A DNA stretch of 64,000 bases, taken from Phyllobates terribilis (lineage: Eukaryota). Both the position numbers and the translations under genes were made by a program. Positions within the stretch are counted from its first letter, which is position 1. The number at the start of each line of letters is the position of its first letter. The stretch lies in assembly GCF_046119375.1 (NCBI RefSeq), contig NW_027362768.1, positions 56,668,001-56,732,000 on the forward strand. Reading direction: 5' to 3'. Below, in pieces: positions 13,214 to 25,056 of this stretch. The notes below the pieces were generated by a model. That model made no database searches. It had not been told where the DNA came from and saw nothing but the letters and a program-made list of their open reading frames with translations.

Positions 13214-16200
13214 TATATATCCATCTGAACTAACAGTCCGTCTGAGGACTAATCCAGCTGCATATATTCAGTGGTATTTGCAGGAGTTAGGCAGGCAGGG
13301 TATGTGGCAGACTGCAGTGCATATAGTGCAAGAGGGTCCATTGAACGTCCCTGCTGCTGTTCTTACAGATATTTGTAGACATAGCACCAGATATCAGGGG
13401 CCAGGGAAAAAAAAATGTGATCTTAATCCTGGTTATTTGCTTGAAAAGCAATCCAGAGTGCACCATTTTTCTGCTCCATTTGCTTGTTCTCACTGCAGAA
13501 TAAAGCCAGATCTGTTCCATATTTCAGCAATAAAAATCCAGAAATTTAAACTGAATGTGGAAAATATTGACCTCCTTTTCAATTCTGTTGCAGTGTCTCG
13601 GTCAAGCTATTCATACTAGGTGTCTGTGAAGAATAGTATTAGTAAATTACAGGCCTTCTATTTAAAACCGTGGTTCTCTGTCAGACATATCACCTATAAG
13701 AGTGTTCCAAAATCAGACATTTCTTTCATTTTCATTCTGTTGCAGTGTGTCAGTCAAGCTGTTCACACTAGGTGTCTGTGAAGGATAGTATTAACAAATT
13801 ACAGGCCTGCTATTTAAAATTGTGGTTCTCTGTCAGACGTATCACATATAACTGCGTTCCAAAATCAGCCATTTCTCGTGAACTTGGAAAATACTGTCCT
13901 CCATTAAAAATGGACAAGGTGCGTGGCAAGGGACAGGGAAGTGGACGTGATGGTGTTGGTGCATGCAAAGGCCGAGGACGTGGCCGTGGGCAAGCTGAAA
14001 TTGTGCCACAACAAACACCCACATCTTGTCGCTCGACCTTCCTGCCCCAATTAATAAGGGGCCGCAGAACCCCACTATTGAACAGAGAGCAGTATCAAAA
14101 GGTTATTGGTTGGATAGCAGATAATGCTTCCAGTCATTTAGCCACCACCACCACACCACCCTGTCTTCCACACGGTCAAGTCTCAGTAGCCGTGAGTCTG
14201 GACTGCATATTCCTCACACTGATTCTCCTTCCTCTAACCATGCCGAGTGCCCGGAGACAACTAATCCCACACTTGGACACTCCGAAGAGCTGTTCACTTT
14301 TCCATTTTTAGATTCGGGCCTCTCGCCCGGCCAGCTTCAAGCGAGTCAAGAGGAGATGCCCAAATATTGGAGCAGTCACGATCACACGAAGGCGACGGTG
14401 GGAAACTGCAATTACTGTCGCAAGAGGTGAATGATAATGATGATGAGACAAAATTGCCAGAAAGTCAGGAGGAAGACCAGGGTGCAGAAGTGGAAGACGA
14501 GGTGGTGGATGATATAGTAACTGACCCAACCTGGTAGGGGGACATACAGAGTGAGAACAGCAGCACACAAGGGGAGGGAGGCGTAGCACTACAACAGGCA
14601 GGAAGAATCAGTGTGGTGGCCGCAGACACAAGGCCGTAAAGCGTTCCTCATAACGCCAAAACAACGGAAGTTGCCAGCACAACTGTTAGGTCTTCCCTAA
14701 TCTGGTAAATTTTTTAAAGACTCTGCAGATAACCCCAAAATGGCCATTTGCACCACCTGCCAGGCCAGCATCAGCAGGGGTAGCAAAACTAGCAGGCTGA
14801 CCACAACCAGCATGATCAGGCACATGGCAGCAAAATACCTAAGTGGACAGAACCCCAGGGTCCAGAACAGAGTGACACCACTGCTTATTCCACTGTTGTG
14901 CGTGCACGCCATTCCCCTGTCCATGGCGCATGCCAAGATACCTCCTGCCCTTCACGTGTCAGTGCTAGTTGAGAATGTACAACATCAGCAAGCACGTGCA
15001 CGTCCTTGTTCCAGCGCAGCGTTCAGTTGTCCCTACTCCAGTCCTTGGAATGCAAGCACAAATATGCAGCCAACTCCCCACAGGCCACACTACTAAATTC
15101 ACAAATTTTGAGAATGCTTGTGCTCGAAATTTGCCTTTTAGGCTCGTGGAGATGGAATCTTTCCGCAACCTGATGGTGGCGGCCGTCCCTCGGTATTCGT
15201 TCCCCAGCCACCACTATTTCTCCTGGTGTGCCATCCCTGCATTACAAGAGCACGTGTCCCACAACATTAGACGTGCCCTCAACAACGCAGTTAGTGGGAA
15301 AGTCTAGAGATGAGCGTTGTTCTACTCGAACTGTTCGCCAATCTCAAATTCGAGCTGTTTTGGGCGGTGTTCGAGCCGGTCGGCGAACACGAACAATTTG
15401 AGAAAAATTCGGCTGTTCGAGGTTATGTTCGATAACTGTTCGTGCACCAAAATCATAACTGGATTTTTTCTCAGTAATGATGAAAATTAATGTTAATACG
15501 CAGTTTGAGTGTACAGCGGGGTGGGGGCAGGGGCAGGGGATGGATCTCTGCAGGAACAATGAAGATCTCCATTTTTTTTTCTCTTTCCCGCATTTGCAGT
15601 GGGGAGGTGCAATCTGTCAGCCTATCAGCAGCGCACACACGGAGCGAAGTGCTTTTTTTCACACAAGCAAGGGCATGTGTGATTGGCAGTGTATGTCACA
15701 TGTCCTTGCCCTATAAGACCAAGCCATTTTCCCCGTCGCCACCATTTTCTCACTGCTGCAGCTGCGTGTTAGACGGCACCGCTGTTGCTGTGTGCGCTAT
15801 ACCTTGTTAATTTCAAGCCAATTTTCGCACAAATATACAGATAGCTTGGGAGTAGGGAATAGTTGTGATTGCAGTCCTTTTAAGGACTAGGTTACAGCAT
15901 TTCCTACGACTTTTATCAGGCAGGTCTGTGCTCTTAAATAGATAGATTGTGGGAGTAAAGACTAATTGTAATTGGAGTCCTTTTCAGGACTAGGTTACAT
16001 CAGTTCCTATCAGTTTTTGCCAGGCAGGTCTGTGCCAGTGCTGTGCAAGTTTTTTTCACAGCATTTGGCTGAATCTAGCAAAGCTAATCCTTTTTGGCCT
16101 ATTGCAGAGTGTGTTAGTCAGTGGAGTAGCCTATCTGTGTTGCAAGATATACCACCTGTGTATAGAATACCAATTTTTTTACTGCACCTAGTGAAGTAAA

Positions 16201-16221
16201 ATCTTTTGGGCATAGCATCAT

Positions 16222-17827
16222 TCTATTAGTCCATCTATACTGACCTCCATCAGGTTGCAAACTGAATATAATTTTTTTCTGCATCTAGCTCTGAAAAAAT
16301 ATTTGGGCTTCTAGCAGTGTGTGGGACTTGGTCTATTAGTCCATCTATACTGACCTCCATCAGGTTGCAAATTAAAAATAATTTTTTTCTTCATTTATCT
16401 CTGAAAAAATATTTGGGCTTCTAGCAGTGTGTGGGACTTGTTCTATTAGTCCTTCTATACTGACCTCCAGCAGGTTGCAAATTGAATATAATTTTTTTCT
16501 GCATCTAGCTCTGAAAAAATATTTGGGCTTCTAGCGGTGTGTGGGACTTGGTCTATTAGTCCATCTATACTGACCTCCATCAGGTTGCAAATTAAAAATA
16601 ATTTTTTTCTGCATCTAGCTCTGAAAAAATATTTGGGCTTCTAGCAGTGTGTGGGACTTGGTCTATTAGTCCATCTATACTGACCTCCATCAGGTTGCAA
16701 ATTAAAAATAATTTTTTTCTTCATTTATCTCTGAAAAAATATTTGGGCTTCTAGCAGTGTGTGGGACTTGTTCTATTAGTCCTTCTATACTGACGTCCAG
16801 CAGGTTGCAAATTGAATATAATTTTTTTCTGCATCTAGCTCTGAAAAAATATTTGGGCTTCTAGCGGTGTGTGGGACTTGGTCTATTAGTCCATCTATAC
16901 TGACCTCCATCAGGTTGCAAATTAAAAATAATTTTTTTCTGCATCTAGCTCTGAAAAAATATTTGGGCTTCTAGCAGTGTGTGGGACTTGGTCTATTAGT
17001 CCATCTATACTGACCTCCATCAGGTTGCAAATTAAAAATAATTTTTTTCTGCATCTAGCTCTGAAAAAATATTTGGGCTTCTAGCAGTGTGTGGGACTTG
17101 GTCTATTAGTCCATCTATACTGACCTCCATCAGGTTGCAAATTAAAAATAATTTTTTTCTTCATTTAGCTCTGAAAAAATATTTGGGCTTCTAGCAGTGT
17201 GTGGGACTTGTTCTATTAGTCCTTCTATACTGACCTCCAGCAGGTTGCAAATTGAATATAATTTTTTTCTGCATCTAGCTCTGAAAAAATATTTGGGCTT
17301 CTAGCGGTGTGTGGGACTTGGTCTATTAGTCCATCTATACTGACCTCCATCAGGTTGCAAATTAAAAATAATTTTTTTCTGCATCTAGCTCTGAAAAAAT
17401 ATTTGGGCTTCTAGCGGTGTGTGGGACTTGGTCTATTAGTCCATCTATACTGACCTCCATCAGGTTGCAAATTAAAAATAATTTTTTTCTGCATCTAGCT
17501 CTGAAAAAATATTTGGGCTTCTAGCGGTGTGTGGGACTTGGTCTATTAGTCCATCTATACTGACCTCCATCAGGTTGCAAATTAAAAATAATTTTTTTCT
17601 GCATCTAGCTCTGAAAAAATATTTGGGCTTCTAGCAGTGTGTGGGACTTGGTCTATTAGTCCATCTATACTGACCTCCATCAGGTTGCAAATTGAATAAA
17701 AAAATTTTCTGCATCTAGCTCTGAAAAAATATTTGGGCTTCTAGCGGTGTGTGGGACTTGGTCTATTAGTCCATCTATACTGACCTCCATCAGGTTGCAA
17801 ATTAAAAATAATTTTTTTCTGCATCTA
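16222..17827. repeat. Tandem array of a 110-bp unit, ~14.5 copies
   Basis: CCATCTATAC (or CCTTCTATAC) recurs every 110 bp from 16231 through 17771. Confidence 0.97.
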
Positions 17828-17943
17828 ACCCAGCCAATAGTTTTGGCCTAATACCACAGTTTGGCCACTCAGCTCTGCTCGGTTACCATCCATTGTTTTT
17901 TTGTGCAAACAACTCCAGAGTTGTGAATTAGTTAACCACCAAA

Positions 17944-20900
17944 ATGAGTGGAAAAAGGCCTGCTGCTGGTGGAAAGGGGAATAGGCGTGTTGGGAAGGGG
18001 AAAAAAGGTTGTGTCCGTGGGGTAGGTGCAGAAGAAAGACCATCTTCCAGCCAAACTAAAATGTCTACTTCTTTTAGCGGACAATGTGATAAGATCCCTT
18101 TCTTACGGCCACGCCAATCGCTACAAATTCCAGATGAGGCACAAAAACAGCAGGTGCTTCAACGGATATCAAGTGCTCCTTTAAGTGGGCTCTCCTCCAC
18201 ATCAACTTCAACATCACAAATACTCCAGTCCTCAAAGGTGTCACCCAAATCGCACTTGCTTCCTCACAGCTCCCAAATCTCCAGCTGCCCGTCTGAGTAT
18301 GAGGTAGAACAGATGGTTGAGTCTGCAGAGCTGTTTACTCATACTATAGCCTGGGAATCAGAGGTAGACTCCAGCGCTTCTGTGAATCCAGACGAGGAAA
18401 TGATCTGCACTGATGCCCAGAATCTTTATGAGTCGGATCCAGGACCAGACGCAGAAGGTTCTGACCATAATGTAGACCCTCATTCCCAAACTGTAACTCC
18501 TGTTGGTGGAGACAATGAGGAAGACGATGATAAGACTCAAATACCTGATTGGAGCGACAACTTTAGTTTTTTGTCAGGGCAGGAACAGGTTGGCTCTGAG
18601 GACGACGGGTGTGATAACGCACAGGGTGATGATGATGAGGTCGGAGATCCCACTTACTGTCAACCCACAGTCAGCCAAGAGATGAGGTCAGCAGAGGAGG
18701 TGGAGGAAGATGCTAGTGACGACGAGGTCAGGTTGCGCCTTCCTGGACAGAGACGTAGTACTGGAAGCACGTCAACAACTGCATCCTCAAACACAACTCT
18801 GCCTCTCACCACAAGTCGTGGTGGCTCTTCAGGTCGCATGGGTGCTAAGCCTTGCATAGCCTGGTCATTTTTTCAGATCGATAAAGATGACCCAACTCGT
18901 GTTATCTGTAACATTTGTCAGCAAAAGCTAAGTAGAGGCCAAAAAATACATAGTTTGAGTACTTCATGCATGAACCGGCACATGGACATGAAGCATAAGT
19001 TGCAGTGGGAAGCTCAGTGTGCTACAATGCGGTCTAGCCGGCCGGGCCAACCACCGTCTGCCATATCTTGTGCATCCGCGGCCTCTTCATCCTCTGTGAC
19101 TGGGGGGACAGCAGTCACACCTGTTTTGGGGCGCAGACCTGCCACCTCTTTACCCGCAACAGCCAGCGTGATTGGCAGGTCATCATTTTCTTTGGAGGTG
19201 GTAACACCAGCTGGTCTTGAGCGCTGTCCGACATCGATAGCACCACCTTTGGATCAAGGCAACCTAACATGTCCGCCTGCATCTTCCTCACAGACCGGCA
19301 GTTTGCCGGGGACACCCTTATCAACCCCGTCTAAGCACAATAGCCAGCCCTCGGTCCCTCAGATGTGGACAAGTAAAAGACCATTTCCTCCTAGCCATGA
19401 GAAAGCTAAGAGGTTGAATTTCACCATCTGCAAGCTCTTGGCTACAGAAATGCTGCCTTTCCGCCTGGTGGACACAGAGGATTTTCGAGACCTTATGTCC
19501 GTCGCAGTGCCCCAGTACCAGATGCCCAGTCGGCACTACTTCTCAAAGAAAGGTGTGCCTGCGCTCCACCAGCATGTCGCACACAACATCACCGCTTCTT
19601 TGAGAAACTCTGTGTGTGACAGGGTGCATTTCACCACAGACACTTGGACGAGTAGGCATGGACAGGGGCGTTACATGTCGCTGACTGGGCACTGGGTAAC
19701 TATGGTGACAGCAGGACAAGGGGCTGCTGTCCAAGTCTTGCCGTCCCCACGAGTTGTGCGTCAATCCTCTTTATGTCATTTTTCCTCCACTGCTTCTGCC
19801 TCCTCAACCTCCTCTCGGTCTTCCACCTGCACCCAAAGCCTGTCTGGTCATGCCACAAGCTTTCTAACTGCGCAGAAGGGATCCTGCACACCTCCTTACT
19901 ATGCTGGCAGTAGGGCTCAACGTCATCAGGCGGTTTTTACATTGAAATGTCTGGGAAATGTGAGTCACACAGCTGAGGAGTTGTGGTCAGCTCTGGAGAA
20001 CCAATTTCATGAATGGTTGTCTCCACTGGACCTGAAACCAGGGAAGGCCGTGTGCGACAATGCTGCAAACCTGGGTGCGGCCCTTCGCCGGGGCAATGTC
20101 ACACACGTGCCTTGTATGGCTCACGTGTTGAACCTGGTTGTCCAGCAATTTTTAGCCCACTATCCCAGACTAGATGGCCTTCTGCAGAGGGCACGGTCGC
20201 TGTGTGCTCACTTCCGCCGTTCGCATCCCGCAGCTCAGCGACTTACATCTCTACAGAAGTCGTTGGGCCTGCCACTTCACCGGCTAAAATGTGATGTGCC
20301 TACCCGGTGGAATTCAGCTCTGCACATGTTGCAGCGACTGTGGCAGCACCGACAAGCCCTGGTGCAATACGTTCTGACGTATAGCCTGGGCCAACGAGAT
20401 TCAGAGGTGGGGCAAATCACGCTGGAGGAGTGGTCTCAGATCAGGGACCTATGCACCCTTCTGCACAGTTTTGAAATGGCGACGAAGATGTTTAGTTCTG
20501 ACGATGCCATTATCAGCATGACTATTCCGGTGATTTACATGCTGGAGCACATGTTAAACAGAATTCGGAGTCAGGTGGTGGCACAAGAGGAGGTGGAGGA
20601 AGTAGAGGAGGAGGAGTTGTATGCGGAAGGGCTAACATCTGCAAGGTCCAGACGGTCGGCAGCACCAGGGCGGCAGGCATGTGAGGGTGGGGGAGATGAT
20701 TTTACCAGGGCGCATGGTAGCAGCCAAACTAGTGAGGAAGGTGCAGGAGCCCAGGAAGAAGTGGAGGACGAACTGATGGAAGACTCATCAGATGAGGGAG
20801 ACCTTGATCACATTTCTGTTGTGCGAGGTTGGGGGGAGAGGACAGAGGAAGGAAGCATGATTGTTACCTCGCCACCAACACAACAGGGACTTGGTGCTCC

Positions 20901-21624
20901 TGGATGCGCAACACACATGAGTGCCTTCTTGCTGCACTACCTGCAACATGACCCTCGAATTGTGAGAATTAGAAATAATCCTGACTACTGGGTTGCCACA
21001 CTGTTAGATCCCTGGTACAAAAGTAAATTTGCAGAAATTATTCCTGCCATAGAAAGGGATGCACGCATGCAGGAGTATCAGCAGAGACTGTTGCAGAATC
21101 TTACATGTGCTTTTCCACAAAATACCAGTGGTGCACGTAGTGAATCTCACAGTTCCAACTTGCCAACCGTGGGACCGTCAAGTGTTCAGCACTCAAACCG
21201 TAACAGAACCACAGTATCTGCTGGTAACATCAATTTTGCGGAATCATTTCACCACTTTTTTAGCCCATCCTTTGCAAGGCCACAGGAGACAAGAAGTCTG
21301 ACACATAGTCAACGCCTAGAGACGATGGTACAGGAGTATCTCCAAGTAAACATTGAAGCCACGACTGTGTCACTGGACCCTTGCTCTTTTTGGGCTTCCA
21401 ATCTGGATAAATGGCCGGAGCTAGCCACTTACGCCTTGGAGATCTTGTCATGCCCCGCAGCCAGCGTTCTGTCTGAACGTGTGTTCAGCGCTGCTGGTGG
21501 TGTGCTGACAGATAAGCGCACGCGGCTCTCCACTGATAATGTAGACAGACTCACGTTCATAAAGATGAACAAATCATGGATCCGAAACGACTTTTCTACC
21601 CCTGTGTCATCCTGGGGAGAGTAA
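17944..21624 (+). CDS. hAT-superfamily transposase, 1226 aa, uninterrupted (BED zinc finger, DDE catalytic domain, C-terminal dimerization domain)
   Basis: BED finger WSFF...VICNICQQKL...MNRHMDMKH. Catalytic motifs FTTDTW, VCDNAAN, CMAH (CxxH), DVPTRWNS and SERVFSAAG. No stop or frameshift over 3681 bp. In-frame upstream TAG at 17929-17931. Confidence 0.96.
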   Translation: MSGKRPAAGGKGNRRVGKGKKGCVRGVGAEERPSSSQTKMSTSFSGQCDKIPFLRPRQSLQIPDEAQKQQVLQRISSAPLSGLSSTSTSTSQILQSSKVSPKSHLLPHSSQISSCPSEYEVEQMVESAELFTHTIAWESEVDSSASVNPDEEMICTDAQNLYESDPGPDAEGSDHNVDPHSQTVTPVGGDNEEDDDKTQIPDWSDNFSFLSGQEQVGSEDDGCDNAQGDDDEVGDPTYCQPTVSQEMRSAEEVEEDASDDEVRLRLPGQRRSTGSTSTTASSNTTLPLTTSRGGSSGRMGAKPCIAWSFFQIDKDDPTRVICNICQQKLSRGQKIHSLSTSCMNRHMDMKHKLQWEAQCATMRSSRPGQPPSAISCASAASSSSVTGGTAVTPVLGRRPATSLPATASVIGRSSFSLEVVTPAGLERCPTSIAPPLDQGNLTCPPASSSQTGSLPGTPLSTPSKHNSQPSVPQMWTSKRPFPPSHEKAKRLNFTICKLLATEMLPFRLVDTEDFRDLMSVAVPQYQMPSRHYFSKKGVPALHQHVAHNITASLRNSVCDRVHFTTDTWTSRHGQGRYMSLTGHWVTMVTAGQGAAVQVLPSPRVVRQSSLCHFSSTASASSTSSRSSTCTQSLSGHATSFLTAQKGSCTPPYYAGSRAQRHQAVFTLKCLGNVSHTAEELWSALENQFHEWLSPLDLKPGKAVCDNAANLGAALRRGNVTHVPCMAHVLNLVVQQFLAHYPRLDGLLQRARSLCAHFRRSHPAAQRLTSLQKSLGLPLHRLKCDVPTRWNSALHMLQRLWQHRQALVQYVLTYSLGQRDSEVGQITLEEWSQIRDLCTLLHSFEMATKMFSSDDAIISMTIPVIYMLEHMLNRIRSQVVAQEEVEEVEEEELYAEGLTSARSRRSAAPGRQACEGGGDDFTRAHGSSQTSEEGAGAQEEVEDELMEDSSDEGDLDHISVVRGWGERTEEGSMIVTSPPTQQGLGAPGCATHMSAFLLHYLQHDPRIVRIRNNPDYWVATLLDPWYKSKFAEIIPAIERDARMQEYQQRLLQNLTCAFPQNTSGARSESHSSNLPTVGPSSVQHSNRNRTTVSAGNINFAESFHHFFSPSFARPQETRSLTHSQRLETMVQEYLQVNIEATTVSLDPCSFWASNLDKWPELATYALEILSCPAASVLSERVFSAAGGVLTDKRTRLSTDNVDRLTFIKMNKSWIRNDFSTPVSSWGE

Positions 21625-21831
21625 AAGCTTGATGATTGGTTAAAATCACCCTACCAACCGTTTTAAGCTTTCAAATTACTAATCATGTTTATCTGTATCT
21701 TGACTGGAAAATAATTTGGGCTTTGTAGCAGTGTGCAGCACTGATCCTATTAGGCCATCTATAATAAGCTTCACCAGATTTAAAATTAAAAATAATTTTT
21801 AGCTGCATCTAGCCCGGAAAATAATTTTGGG

Positions 21832-23393
21832 GCTCCGAGATGCGCAAGACACATAAGTGCCTTCTTGCTGCACTACCTGCAGCATGACCCTCATATTGTC
21901 AGAATTCGAAGTAATCATGACTACTGGGTTGCCACACTCTTAGATCCCCCAAACTTTTCGATCAACCTTTTCATTTTAATAAAGACCAAAAAAATGGTCA
22001 TTTTTGAAATTATAAGCATTAGCAGGTTGTTAGAAACTGAAATCAAACAGTTTTCAACTCAAAACTTTATTCTAGGTGATGTTACATTTTCACATAGGAC
22101 CCCTTGTTCGAAAGGAGCTTCTGAACTCTCTCGTCCATTGAATTTGTCAGGTTTTGGATGGTTTCTGCTTCAATTGTTTTGCATGAGGACAGAATACCCT
22201 CCCAGAGCTGTTGCTTAGATGTGAACTGCCTCCCGCCATCATAGACACTCCTTTTAATGATGCTCCAAAGGTTCTGAATGGGGTAGAGGTCAGGGGAGCA
22301 TGGGGGTCACACCATAAGTTTGTCCCCTTTTATGCCCATATCAGCCAGAGATGCAGATGTTTTATGTGCAGCATGAGATGGTGCATTATCATGCAGAAAA
22401 ATGATCTTGCTGTGAAATACACGGTTCTTCTTCTTGAACCATGGCAGGAAGTGCTGTTTGAGAAAATCCACATACATTATGGAGTTCATCTTTAGCGCCT
22501 TCAGGGATCCTAAAGGGGCCGACAATCTCTCTCCCCATGATTCCAGCCCAAAACATTACTCCACCTCCTCCTTGTTGGCGCTGTAGCCATGTTTGCGTGG
22601 GGTGTCCATCAACCAGCCATCCTCCACTCCATTCATCTGGACCATCGAGCGCTGCACGGCACTCATCCGTGAACAAAACAGTTTTGAAATCAGTCTTCAT
22701 GTAATGTTTGGCCCACTGGAGCCGTTTCTGCTTGTGTGAAGTGGATAGAGGAGGTCGACAGGATGGCGTATGCACAGCTGCAAACCTCAGAAGGACCCTG
22801 CATCTTGTTGTTCGGGGGACGTTGGAGGCACAAGCAGCTTCAAAAACTTGTCTGCTGCTATGACGAGGCTTTTTTGCCGCTGCTCTTTCAACCTGACGTA
22901 ATTGCCTGTAGGAAAGAGTCCTCAATTTGCCCTTATCAGCACGCACACGTGTGTACTGTGAATCAGCTACATACTTCTTGATTGCCAAGACACTTCATCC
23001 TGATCATCGCACAATGTTGATTGTAGTCATGCCTTGACCTAAACACTCCACAATTTGTTGCTTCTCAGCAGCCGACACATCCTTTTTCTTTCCCATTTTG
23101 GCAGAAAATGTAGGCTGCTTAATAATGTGAGAGAGCCTTCTTAAGTAGTCTTGCCTTTCATTGGACACACCTGCCAAACTAATTAGCACAGGTGTCTGCA
23201 ATTGCTTACAGTGATATAAAGAGCCCTGACACACATCACCATCAATGAGTTTAACTGACAAACAAACAAATTCTTCCCTTATCACTCCTAAACACTTTTT
23301 GCATAATAATTTGGAACGCGGTGTACATGTGCTTTTCCACAAAACACCAGTGGTTCACATAGTGAATCTTACAGTTCTAACTTGCCAACCGTG
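21832..23393 (+). pseudogene. Diverged partial second copy of the hAT-A transposase 3' region, split by a Tc1
   Basis: 21832-21949 matches ~20897-21013 at about 90% (LLHYLQHDP.IVRIR.N.DYWVATLLDP). 23324-23393 matches ~21104-21173. Confidence 0.85.
21951..23323 (-). mobile_element. Decayed Tc1 transposon inside hAT element A
   Basis: 5' TIR reads CACCGCGTTCCAAATTATTATGCAAA on the minus strand, followed by TA at 23324-23325. ORFs 22389-22988 (VLFTDE...VMFWAGI) and 22307-22525 (FLHDNAPSH). 3' TIR missing. Confidence 0.9.
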
Positions 23394-23399
23394 GTCTGT

Positions 23400-23850
23400 A
23401 TGGAATTGTTCAATAAAGGGCCCAAAATTAAGATAACATAGATGGGAGAGGTCTCTATGAATAGGAATTCCTAAGTATTTGATACCCTGTGAGGGCCAGG
23501 CAAAGGGAAAGTTGGACTGGATGGAATCCTATATGGATTTAGGGAGGGAGACATCGAGGGCCTCAGACTTCGCTGCATTGATTTTAAAATTTTACCATGT
23601 AACAAAGTGATCTATTTCAGCCATAACAGCAGGGATGGATATATGTGATTGAGTGATATATACTAGGACATCATCAGCAAATAGAGAGCACTTGTACTCG
23701 GTGCCTCCCACCTCAATCCACCTAATATTGGGGTTATGGCGAATTGATGAGAGCAGGTGCTCCGTCACTAGGATGTATAAGAGAGGGGACAGAGGACATC
23801 CCTGCCTTGTCCCATTGGTGATTGTGAAAAGTGATGAAAATGTTCTGACG
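23400..23850 (-). mobile_element. LINE (L1-clade) reverse transcriptase fragment
   Basis: ORF 23592-23954 contains FTITNGTRQGCPLSPLL...SLFADDVLVY. Confidence 0.85.
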
Positions 23851-25056
23851 CACCCCCTGGGCCTTGGGACACCCGGAGCCGGACCCTTTTTGGTGGATGC
23901 TGGTGGTTGTAGTCTTTGTGGCGGCGATCCGGTTCCGTGGCTCAGGGCGGTCAAACCAGTGGCGGAACTATTTATGTGGTTTTGATGTTTAAATGTCCGA
24001 CTACGCCACCCGTGGATTGCGGTCAGAGTGAACCGCCGCTACAGGGCAGACCGCTAAGGCTGGTGTTGTGGGTGCAGCAGAGCGTAGCATAACTCCCCAC
24101 GGGAGGAGTATAGCCTCAGGGCAGTGTATGCGGAGGATGGGGGTGATGGTGCAGGGCAGCAGCAGTAACGACACGGAGTCAGTGATGCAGTTCAGGGCCT
24201 TTACTCACAGTTCTTATTATCCAGACCACGTCTGCAGGTAACGGCTGCCCACGTCGTACTGTGCTCACCAGGTGAGGGGCTCAGACAACTCCCAGATAAC
24301 TTTGGAGCGCTTCACAGGACCCCCTTTGTGTGTCCTTTGTCTGGCCTTTCTTACCAACACTTCTGTCCGGCTGCCTCGGGCCTCCTCTTGGTAAACTTGG
24401 CGCCAGTTTCCCTGACCCTATGTGGTGCCTTCCTAGCGGGTGGAGCAAGGGGCTGCGCCACATAAAATGTCAGAGCCTCCGGTTTCTAGCTGAGGGTCGT
24501 TTCCTGCCTCCACTAGTTCGGGGACCGGTCTCCCCCTTTGGCCTGACCCCTCCACGCAGGTGGATTCGGGCGTGCGGTGGCGACTCGCCCGTCCGCACCC
24601 CTGGGATCCCTTCATTCCTCGTTCCTGGAGCCTTCTCCGCTCCTCTTCCTTCCTTCTCCCTCTTGCAGGCCTGGGCCTCTGTTACTAGGCCTGCCTCCGG
24701 AGCAGAGCTCATGCAGAGCCCCTGCTCCCTGCCACTTCTGCTCAGACTTCTCTGCACTGAACTAAGATAGTGCCCACCTTTTATACTCCCTTCTCAATGC
24801 ACCCAGGAACTGCTTCCTCCCTGCTCCTGCACTGCAGGGTTCCCCTTCCTCAGTGTTCCCTCCCCCCACTCCAGCCAGGGACAGGGACTGTCGTGCCCAT
24901 CTCAGGGGCATATTGGTCGCCCTGCCCCACGGCAATGTGGTGTAATGCATGCAGGTGTCGGGTCCTGATCCACACTCCATCCTTATCTGAGAGTGAGATA
25001 TCACACCTCTGGGTGAGGTGCAATACGTCTGTAGCAACCGAGCCCTCGGTGCTACA
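23850..25056. mobile_element. GC-rich ~1.2-kb non-coding insertion, possibly a solo LTR
   Basis: Sharp GC shift that truncates the L1 fragment. Ends in the hairpin TGTAGCAACCGAGCCCTCGGTGCTACA. No convincing ORF; left boundary uncertain. Confidence 0.4.

Noticed and set aside
16222-17827. Regular arrays as CRISPR-like repeat-spacer loci (also 54490-57960 and 60560-64000)
   Set aside because: Units are repeated over their whole length with no unique spacers, there are no cas genes, and the context is eukaryotic.
17911-17946. Possible HMCN1-transposase fusion by splicing from donor 2704 to the CAG at 17916-17918
   Set aside because: That junction is in frame with the transposase but hits TAG at 17929-17931 before the ATG. 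The next AG (17919-17920) is out of frame.
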